Positions 1 through 9,900 of a DNA stretch of 64,000 bases are shown one piece after another. Each line of letters starts with the position of its first letter. Position 1 is the stretch's first letter. Position numbers and translations under genes: made by a program. The notes under the pieces were generated by a model. That model did not search any database, was not told the DNA's origin, and saw only the letters and a list, made by a program, of their open reading frames with translations. Source of the DNA: Eledone cirrhosa (Eukaryota); NCBI GenBank assembly GCA_964016885.1, contig OZ024743.1:135098001-135162000 (forward strand), written 5' to 3'.

Positions 1-819
1 TTGGCTTTTGGTGCTTTGTGCTTGGTGCTTGGTGTTTGGTGCTTGGTGCTAGGCGTTTGGTGTTTGGTGCTTGGTGCTTGGTGTTAGGTTCTTGGTGCTT
101 GGTGCTTGTTGTTTGGTGCTTGGTGCTTGGTGCTTGGTGTTTGGTGCTTGGTGCTTGGTGTTTGGTGTTTGTTGTTTGGTGCTTGGTACTTGGTGTTTTG
201 TGTTTGGTGTTTGGTGATTGGTGCTTGGTGTTTGGTGCTTGGTGCTAGGTGCTTGGTGCTTGGTGCTTGGTGTTTGGTGTTTAGTGCTTGGTGCTTGGTA
301 TTTGGTGTTTGGTGCTTGGTGCTTGGTGTTTGGTGTTTGGTGCTAGGTGCTTGGTATTTGGTGATTGGTGCTTGGTGCTTGGTGTTTGGTGCTCGGAGCT
401 TGGTGCTTGGTGTTTGGTGCTTGGTGCTTGGTGTTTGGTCTTTGGCGCTTGGTGCTTGGTGTTTGGTGCTTGGTGCTTGGTGTTTGGTGATTGGCATTTG
501 GTGTTTGGTGCTTGGTCCTTTGTGCTTGGTGCTTGGTTTTTGGTGTTTGGTGCTTGGTGCTTGGTATTTGGTGTTTGTTGATTGGTGCTTGGTGTCTGGT
601 GCTTGGGGTTTGGTGCTTGGTGCTTGGTGTGTGGTGTTTGGTGTTTGGTGCTTGGTGCTTGGTGTTTGGTGTTTGGTGCTTGGTGCTTGGTGTTTGGTGT
701 TTAGTGCTTGGTGCTTGGTTCTTGGTGTTTGGTGCTTGGTGCTTGGTGTTTGGTGTTTGGTGCTTGGTGCTTGGTGTTTGGTGTTTGGTGTTTGGTGCTT
801 GGTGTTTGGTGTTTGGTGC

Positions 820-1520
820 TTGGTGCTTGCTGATTTGCGTTTGGTGTTTGGCGTTTGCTGTTTGGCGTTTGGTGTTTGGCATTTGATGTTTGGCGTTTGC
901 TGTTTGGTGTTTGGTGTTTGGTGTTTGCTGGTTGCTGTTTGGTGTTTGGTGTTTGCTGTTTGCTCTTTGGTGTTTGGTGTTTGGTGTTTGCTGTTTGCTG
1001 TTTGCTGTTTGGTGTTTGGTGTTTGGTGTTTGGTGCTTGGTGCTTGGTGCTTGGTATTTGGGGCTTGGTGCTTGGTGTTTGGTGTTTGGCGCTTGGTGCT
1101 TGGTGTTTGGTGCTTGGTGCTTGGTGTTTGGTGCTTGGTGCTTGGTGCTTGGTGCTTGGTGTCTGGTGCTTGGTGATTGGTTCTTGGTGTTTGGTGCTTG
1201 GTGCTTGGTGCTTGGTGTTTGGTGTTTAGTGCTTGGTGCTTGGTGTTTGGTTTTTGGTGCTTGGTGCTTGGTGTTTGGTGTTTGGTTTTTGGTGCTTGCT
1301 GTTTGGCGTTTGGTTTTTGGTGCTTGCTGTTTGGTGTTTGGTGTTTGCTGTTTGCTGTTTGGTGTTTGGTGTTTGCTGTTTGGTGCTTGGTGCTTGGTGC
1401 TTTGTGTTTGTTGCTTGGTGCTTTGTGCTTGGTGCTTGGTGCTTGGTGCTTGGTGTTTGGTGTTTGTCGTTTGATGTTTAGCTATTTCTGTTTGGTGTTT
1501 GGTGTTTGGTGTTTACTGTT
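820..1520 (+). repeat. Diverged, T-type-rich sub-array of the same heptamer
   Basis: Runs of TTGGTGT/TTGCTGT/TTGGCGT with multi-hit monomers not seen later, e.g. 1464-1491 TTGTCGT TTGATGT TTAGCTA TTTCTGT. The 7-bp register is kept. Confidence 0.75.
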
Positions 1521-3949
1521 TGGTGTTTGGTTTTTGATGCTTGGTGTTTGATGCTTGGTGCTTGGTGCTTTGTGTTTGGTGTTTGGTGCCTGGTGCTTGG
1601 TGTTTGGTGCTTGGTGTTTGGTGCTTGGTGCTTGGTGCTTGGTGTTTGGTGTTTGGTGTTTGGTGCTTGGTGCTTGGTGCTTGGTGTTTGGTGCTTGGTG
1701 CTTGGTGCTTGTTGTTTGTACTTGGTGCTTGGTGCTTGGTGTTTGGTGCTTGGTTCTTGGTGTTTGGTGCTTGGTGCTTGGTGCTTGGTGTTTGGTGTTT
1801 GGTGCTTGGTGCTTGGTGCTTGGTGTTTGGTGCTTGGTGCTTGGTCTTTGGTGTTTGGTGTTTGATGCTTGGTGTTTGGTGCTTGGTGCTTGTTGTTTGT
1901 ACTTTGTGCTTGGTGCTTGGTGTTTGGTGCTTGGTTCTTGGTGTTTTGCGCTTGGTGCTTGGTGCTAGGTGGTTGGTGTTTGGTGCTTGGTGCTTGGTGT
2001 TTGGTGCTTGGTGCTTGGTGCTTGGTGTTTGGTGCTTGGTGCTTGGTGCTTGGTCTTTGGTGCTTGGTCTTTGGTGTTTGGTGCTTGGTGCTTGGTGCTT
2101 GGTGCTTGGTGATTAGTGTTTGGAGCTCGGTGCTTGGGGTTTGGTGTTTGGTGCTTGGTGCTTGGTGTTTGGTGCTTGGTACTTGGTGTTTGGTGTTTGG
2201 TGCTTGGTGTTTGCTGTTTGGTGTCTGCTTTTTGGTGTTTGGTGTTTGCTGTATGGTGTTTGCTGTTTCGTGTTTGGTGTTTGCTGTTTGGTGTTTCGTG
2301 TTTGGTGTTTGCTGTTTGGTGTTTGGTGTTTGCTGTTTGGTGTTTGGTCTTTGGTGCTTCGTGTTTGGTGCTTGGTGCTTGGTGTTTGGTCTTTGGTACT
2401 TGGTGCTTGGTGTTTGGTGTTTGGTGCTTGGAGCCTGGTGCTTGTTGTTTGGTGATTGGTGCTTGGTGCTTGGTGTTTGGTGTTTGGTGTTTGGTGCTTG
2501 GTGTTTGGTTTTTGGTGCTAGGTGCTTGGTGCTTGGTGTTTGGTGCTTGGTGTAAGGTGCTTGGTGCTTGGGGCTTGGTGTTTGGTGCTTGGTGCTTGGT
2601 GCTTGGTGTTTGGTGCTTGGTGCTTGGTGGTTGGTGGTTGGTGTTTGGTGTTTGGTGCTTGGTGCTTGGTGCTTGGTGATGGGTGGTTGGTGTTTGGTGC
2701 TTGGTGCTTGGTGTTTGGTGCTTGGTGCTTGGTGTTTGGTGTTTGGTGCTTGGTGCTTGGTGCTTGGTCTTTGGTGCTTGGTGTTTGGTGTTTGGTGCTT
2801 GGTGTTTGGTGCCTGGTGCATGTTGTTTGGTGTTGGTGCTTGGTGTTTGGTGTTTGGTGTTTGGTGTTTGGTGCTTGGTGTTTGGTGTTTGGTGCTTGGT
2901 GCTTGGTGTTTGGTGTTTGGTGCTTGGTGCATGGTGCTTGGTGTTTGGTTTTTGGTGCTTGGTGTTTGGTGCTTGGAGCTTGGTGCTTCGTGTTTGGTGC
3001 TTGATGATTGGTGCTTGGTGTTTGGTGCTGGGTGCTTGGTGCTTGGTGCTTGGTGCTTGGTGTTTGGTGCTTGGTGTTAGGTGTTTGGTTTTTGATGCAT
3101 GGTTTTTGATGCTTGGTGCTTGGTGCTTGGTGTTTGGTGTTTGGTGCTTGGTGTTTGTACTTGGTGCTTGGTGCTTGGAGTTTGGTGCTTGGTTCTTGGT
3201 GTTTGGTGCTTGGTGCTTGGTGCTTGGTGCTTGTTACTTGGTGTTTGGTGTTTGGTGCTTGGTGTTTGGTGCTTGGTGCTTGGTGCTTGGTGTTAGGTGT
3301 TTGGTGCTTGGTGTTTGGTGTTTGGTGCTTGGTGCTTGGTGTTTGGTGCTTGGTGCTTGGTGTTTGGTGCTTGGTGCCTGGTGTTTGGTGCTTGGTGCTT
3401 GGTGTTTGGAGTTTGGTGCCTGGTGTTTGGTGCTTGGTGCTTGGTGCTCGGTGCTTGGTGTAAGGTGTTAGGTGTTTGGTGCTTGGTGCTTGCTATTTGG
3501 TGCTTGGTGCTTGGTGTTTGGTGTTTGGTGCTTGCTGCTTGCTGCTTGGTGTTTGGTGCTTGGTGATTGGTGCTTGGTGTTTGGTGCTTGGTGCTTGGTG
3601 TTTGGTGTTAGGTGCTAGGTGCTTGGTGCTTGGTGCTTGGTGTTTGGTGCTTGGTGTTTGGTGCTTGGTACTTGGTGTTTGGTGGTTGGTGCTTGGTGCT
3701 TGGTGTTTGGTGTTTGGTGTTTGGTGCTTGGTGCTTGGTGCCTGGTGCTTGGTGTTTTGTGTTTGGTGCTTGGTGCTTGGTGCTGGGTGGTTGGCGTTTG
3801 GTGCTTGGTGCTTGGTGTTTGGTGCTTGGTGCTTGGTGTTTGGTGCTTGGTGCTTGGTGCTTGGTCTTTGGTGCTTGGTGTTTGGTGTTTGGTGCTTGGT
3901 GCTTGGTGTTTGGTGCTTGGTGCTTGGTGATTAGTGTTTGGTGCTTGGT

Positions 3950-6900
3950 GCTTGGGGTTTGGTGTTTGGTGCTTGGTGCTTGGTGTTTGGTGCTTGGTGC
4001 TTGGTGTTTGGTGTTTGCTGTATGGTGTTTGCTGTTTCGTGTTTGGTGTTTGCTGTTTGGTGTTTGGTGTTTGGTGTTTGGTGTTTCCTGTTTGGTCTTT
4101 CGTCTTTGGTGCTTGGTGTTTGGTGCTTGGTGCTTGGTGTTTGGTGCTTGGTGCTTGGTGTTTGGTGTTTGGTGCTTGGTGCTTGTTGTTTGGTGATTGG
4201 TGCTTGGTGCTTTGTGTTTGGTGTTTGGTGCTTGGTGCCTGGTGCTTGTTGTTTGGTGATTGGTGCTTGGTGCATGGTGTTTGGTGTTTGGTGTTTGGTG
4301 TTTGGTGTTTGGTGCTTGGTGTTTGGTTTTTGGTGCTAGGTTCTTGGTGCTTGGTGCTTGGTGTAAGGTGCTTGGTGCTTGGGGCTTGGTGTTTGGTGCT
4401 TGGTGATTGGTGTTTGGTGCTTGGTGCTGGGTGGTTGGTGTTTGGTGCTTGGTGCTTGGTGTTTGGTGCTTGGTGCTTGGTGTTTGGTGCTTGGTGCTTG
4501 GTGCTTGGTCTTTGGTGCTTGGTGTTTGGTGTTTGGTGGTTGGTTCTTGGTGCTTGGTGTTTGGTGCTTTGTGCTTGGTGCTTGGTGATTAGTGTTTGGT
4601 GCTTGGTGCTTGGGGTTTGGTGTTTGGTGCTTGGTGCTTGGTGTTTGGTGCTTGGTACTTGGTGTTTGGTGCTTGGTGTTTGGTGTTTGCTGTTTGCTGT
4701 TTGGTGTTTGGTGTTTGGTGTTTGCTGTTTGGTGTCTGCTTTTTGGTGTTTGGTGTTTGCTGTATGGTGTTTGCTGTTTGGTGTTTGGTGTTTGCTGTTT
4801 GGTGTTTGGTCTTTGGTGCTTGGTGTTTGGTGCTTGGTGCTTGGTGTTTGGTGTTTGGTGCTTGGTGCTTGGTGTTTGGTGTTTAGTGCTTGGTTCCTGG
4901 TGCTTGTTGTTTGGTGATTGGTGCTTGATGTTTGGTGTTTGCTGTTTGCTGTTTGGTGTTTGGTGTTTGCCGTTTGGTGTTTGGTGCTTGGTGCTTGGTG
5001 CTTGGTGTTTGGTGCTTGGCGTTTGGTGCTTGGTGCTTGGTGTTTGGTGCCTGGTGCTTGTTGTTTGGTGCTTGGTGCTTGGTGTTTAGTGCTTGGTGTT
5101 TGGTGTTTGGTGCTTGGTGCTTTGGGTTTGGTGTTTGGTGCTTGATGCATGGTGCTTGGTGTTTGGTGTTTGGTGCTTGGTGTTTGGTGCTTGGAGCTTG
5201 GTGCTTCATGTTTGGTGCTTGGTTATTGGTGCTTGGTGTTTGGTGCAGGGTGCTTGGTGTTTGGTGCTTGGTCTTTGGTGTTTGGTTTTTGATGCTTGGT
5301 ATTTGATGCTTGGTGCTTGGTGCTTGGTGTTTGGTGTTTGGTGCTTGGTGTTTGTACTTGGTGCTTGGTGCTTGGTGCTTGGTTCTTGGTGTTTGGTGCT
5401 TGGTGCTTGGTGCTTGGTGTTTGGTGCTTGGTGTTTGGTGCTCGGTGCTTGGTGCTTGGTGTTAGGTGTTTGGTGTTTGGTGCTTGGTGCTTGGTGCTTG
5501 GTGTTTGGTGCTTGGTGCTTGGTGTTTGGTGCTTGGTGCCTGTTGCTTGGTGTTTGGTGGTTGGTGCTTGGTGCTTGGTGCTTGGTGTAAGGTGTTAGGT
5601 GTTTGGTGCTTGGTGCTTGGTCTTTGGTGCTTGGTGCTTGGTGTTTGGTGTTTGGTGCTTGCTGCTTGCTGCTTGGGGTTTGGTGCTTGGTGATTGGTGC
5701 TTGGTGTTTGGTGCTAGGTGCTTGGTGCTTGGTGCTTGGTGTTTGGTGCTTGGTGTTTGGTGCTTGGTACTTGGGGCTTGGTGTTTGGTGCTTGGTGCTT
5801 GGTGCTTGGTGCTTGGTGCTTGGTGTTTGGTGCTTGGTGTTTGATGTTGGTACTTGGTGTTTGGAGGTTGGTGCTTGGTGCTTGGTGTTTGGTGTTTGGT
5901 GTTTGGTGCTTGGTGCTTGGAGCCTGGTGCTTGGTGCTTGGTGCTTGGTGTTTGGTGCTTGGTGCTTGGTGCTTGGTCTTTGGTGCTTGGTGTTTGGTGT
6001 TTGGTGCTTGGTGCTTGGTGTTTGGTGCTTGGTGCTTGGTGATTAGTGTTTGGTGCTTGGTGCTTGGGGTTTGGTGTTTGGTGCTTGGTGCTTGGTGTTT
6101 GGTGCTTGGTGCTTGGTGTTTGGTGTTTGGTGTTTGCTCTTTGGTGTTTGCTGTTTGCTATTTGCTGTCTGCTTTCTAGTTTTTGGTGTTTGCTGTATGG
6201 TGTTTGCTGTTTCGTGTTTGGTGTTTGCTGTTTGGGGTTTGGTGTTTGGTGTTTCCTGTTTGGTCTTTGGTCTTTGGTGCTTGGTGTTTGGTGCTTGGTG
6301 CTTGGTGTTTGGTGTTTGATGCTTGGTGCTTGGTGTTTGGTGTTTGGTGCTTGGTGCTTGTTGTTTGGTGATTGGTGCTTGGTGCTTGGTGTTTGGTGTT
6401 TGGTGCTTGGTGCCTGGTGCTTGTTGTTTGGTGATTGATGCTTGGTGCTTGGTGTTTGGTGTTTGGTGTTTGGTGCTTGGTGTTTGGTTTTTGGTGCTAG
6501 GTGCTTGGTGCTTGGTGCAGGGTGCTTGGTGTTTGGTGTAAGGTGCTTGGTGCTTGGGGCTTGGTGTTTGGTGCTTGGTGCTTGGTGGTTGGTGCTTGGT
6601 GCTTGGTGCTTGGTCTTTGGTGCTTGGTGTTTTGTGATTGGTGCTTGGTGCTTGGTGCTTGGTGCTTGGGGTTTGGTGTTTGGTGCTTGGTGCTTGGTGT
6701 TTGGTGCTTGGTACTTGGTGTTTGGTGCTTGGTGTTTGGTGTTTGCTGTTTGCTTTTTGGTGTTTGGTGTTTGCTGTATGGTGTTTGGTGTTTGCTGTAT
6801 GGTGTTTGCTGTTTCGTGTTTGGTGTTTGCTGTTTGGTGTTTGGTCTTTGGTGCTTGGTGTTTGGTGCTTAGTGCTTGGTGTTTGGTGTTTGGTGCTTGG

Positions 6901-9900
6901 TGCTTGGTGTTTGGTGTTTGGTGTTTAGTGCTTGGTGCCTGGTGCTTGTTGTTTGGTGATTGGTGCTTGGTGTTTGGTGTTTGCTGTTTGCTGTTTGGTG
7001 TTTGGTGTTTGCCGTTTGGTGTTTGGTGCTTGGTGATTGGTGTTTGGTGCCTGGTGCTTGTTGTTTGGTGCTTGGTGCTTGGTGTTTAGTGCTTGGTGTT
7101 TGGTGTTTGGTGCTTGGTGCTTGGTGTTTGGTGTTTGGTGCTTGGTGCATGGTGCTTGGTGTTTGGTGCTTGGTGTTTGGTGCTTGGAGCTTGGTGCTTC
7201 GTGTTTGCTGCTTGGTGATTGGTGCTTGGTGTTTGGTGCAGGGTGCTTGGTGTTTGGTGCTTGGTGTTTGGTGTTTGGTTTTTGATGCTTGGTGTTTGAT
7301 GCTTGGTGCTTGGTGCTTGGTGCTTGGTGTTTGTACTTGGTGCTTGGTGCTTGGTTCTTGGTGTTTGGTGCTTGGTGCCTGGTGCTTGGTGTTTGGTGCT
7401 TGGTGTTTGGTGCTTGGTGCTTGGTGCTTGGTGTTTGGTGTTTGGTGCTTGGTGCTTGGTGCTTGGTGTTTGGTGCTTGGTGCTTGGTGTTTGGTGCTTG
7501 GTGCTTGGTGCTTGGTGTAAGGTGTTAGGTGTTTGGTGCTTGGTGCTTGGTGTTTGGTGCTTGGTGCTTGGTGTTTGGTGTTTGGTGCTTGCTGCTTGCT
7601 GCTTGGGGTTTGGTGCTTGGTGATTGGTGCTTGGTGCTTGGTGTTTGGTGTTTGGTGCTAGGTGCTTGGTGCTTGGTGCTTGGTGTTTGGTGCTTGGTGT
7701 TTGGTGCTTGGTACTTGGGGCTTGGTGTTTGGTGCTTGGTGCTTGGTGCTTGGTGTTTGGTGTTTGGTGTTTGGTGCTTGGTGCTTGGTGCTGGGTGGTT
7801 GGCGTTTGGTTCTTGGTGCTTGGTGTTTGGTGCTTGGTGCTTGGTGTTTGGTGCTTGGTGCTTGGTGCTTGGTGCTTGGTGTTTGGTGCTTGGTGTTTGC
7901 TGTTTGGTGTTTGGTGTTTGCTGTTTGCTGTCTGATTTTTGGTGTTTGGTGTTTGCTGTATGGTGTTTGCTGTTTCGTGTTTGGTATTTGTTGTTTGGTG
8001 TTTGGTGTTTGGTGTTTGGTGTTTCCTGTTTGGTCTTTGGTCTTTGGTGCTTGGGGTTTGGTGCTTGGTGTTTGGTGCTTGGTGCTTGGTGCCTGGTGCT
8101 TGGTGTTTGGTTTTTGATGCTTGGTGCTTGGGGTTTGGTGCTTGGTGCTTGGTCTTTGGTGCTTGGTGTTTGGTGTTTGGTGGTTGGTGCTTGGTGTTTG
8201 GTGCTTGGTACTTGGTGATTAGTGTTTGGTGCTTGGTGCTTGGGGTTTGGTGTTCGGTGCTTGGTGCTTGGTGTTTGGTGCTTGGTGTTTGCTGTTTGGT
8301 GTTTGGTGTTTGCTGTTTGCTGTCTGCTTTTTGGTGTTTGGTGTTTGCTGTATGGTGTTTGCTGTTTCGTGTTTGGTGTTTGTTGTTTTGTGTTTGGTGT
8401 TTGGTGTTTGGTGTTTCCTGTTTGGTCTTTGGTCTTTGGTGCTTGGTGCTTGGTGCTTGGTGCTTGTTGTTTGGTGATTGGTGCTTGGTGCTTGGTGTTT
8501 GGTGTTTGGTGTTTGGTGCTTGGTGTCTGGTGCTTGGTGTTTGGTGTTTGGTGCTTGGTGCTTGGTGTTTGGTGTTTGGTGTTTGGTGCTTGGTGCTTGG
8601 TGTTTGGTGCTTGGTGCTTGGTGCTTGCTGTTTGGTGCTGCATGCTTGGTGTTTTGTGTTTGGTGCTTGGTGCTTGGTATTTGGTGCTTGGTGCTTGGTG
8701 CTTGGTGATTAGTGTTTGGTGCTTGGTACTTGGGGTTTGGTGTTTGGTGCTTGGTGCTTGGTGTTTTGTGCTTGGTACTTGGTGTTTGGTGCTTGGTGTT
8801 TGGTGTTTGCTGTTTGCAGTTTGGTGTTTGGTGTTTGGTGTTTGCTGTATGGTGTTTGCTGTTTCGTGTTTGGTCTTTGCTGTTTGGTGTTTGGTCTTTG
8901 GTGCTTGGTGTTTGGTGCTTGGTGCTTGGTGCTTGGTGTTTGGTGCCTGGTGCTTGTTGTTTGGTGCTTGTTGCTTGGTGTTTGGTGTTTGGTGTTTGGT
9001 GTTTAGTGCTTGGTGTTTGGTGCATTGTTCTTGGTGTTTGGTGTTTGGAGCTTGGTGTTTGGTGCTTGGAGCTTGGTGCTTGGTGTTTGGTGCTTGGTGC
9101 TTGGTGCTTGGTGTTTGGTGCTTGGTGTTTGGTGTTTGGTTTTTGATGCTTGGTGTTTGATGCTTGGTGCTTGGTGCTTGGTGTTTGGTGTTTGGTGCTT
9201 GGTGCTTGGTGCTTGGTGCTTGGTGTTTGGTGCTTGGTGTTTGGTGTTTGCTGCTTGGTGTTTGGTGCTTGGTGCTTGGTGCTTGGTGTTAGGTTTTTGG
9301 TGCTTGGTGTTTGGTGCTTGGTGCTTGGTGCTTGGTGTTTGGTGCTTGGTGCTTGGTGTTTGGTGCTTGGTGCCTGGTGTTTGGTGTTTGGTGCTTGGTG
9401 CTTGGTGTTTGGTGTTTGGTGCTTGGTGTTTGGTGCTTGGTGCTTGGTGTTTGGTGCTTGGTGCTTGGTGTTTGGTGTTTGGTATTTGGTGCTTGGTGTT
9501 TGGTGCTTGGTGCTTGGTGCTTGGTGTTTGGTGCTTGGTGATTGGTGCTTGGTGTTTGGTGCTTGGTGCTTGGTGTTTGGTGTTTGGTGCTAGGTGCTTG
9601 GTGCTTGGTGTTTGGTGCTTGGTGTTTGGTGCTTGGTACTTGGGGCTTGGTGTTTGGTGCTTGGTGCTTGGTGTTTGGTGTTTGGTGTTTGGTGTTTGGT
9701 GCTTGGTGCTTGGTGCTGGGTGGTTGCCGTTTGGTGCTTGGTGCTTGGTGTTTGGTGCTTGGTGCTTGGTGTTTGGTGCTTGGTGCTTGGTGCTTGGGGC
9801 TTGGTGTTTGGTGCTTGGTGCTTGGTGCTTGGTGTTTGGGGCTTGGTGCTTGGTGTTTGGTGCTTGGTGCTTGGTGTTTGGTGTTTGCTGTTTGGTGTTT

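Noticed and set aside
3459-3475. TTAGG (arthropod telomere pentamer) and GTAAGG (splice-donor-like) in the AAGGTGT-TAGGTGT landmark
   Set aside because: These are isolated point variants of the heptamer. They never form tandem TTAGG, and there is no exon context.
3782-3790. GCTGGGTGG resembling the E. coli Chi site GCTGGTGG
   Set aside because: It is not an exact match and is explained by the variant monomer TGGGTGG. Nothing indicates a bacterial context.
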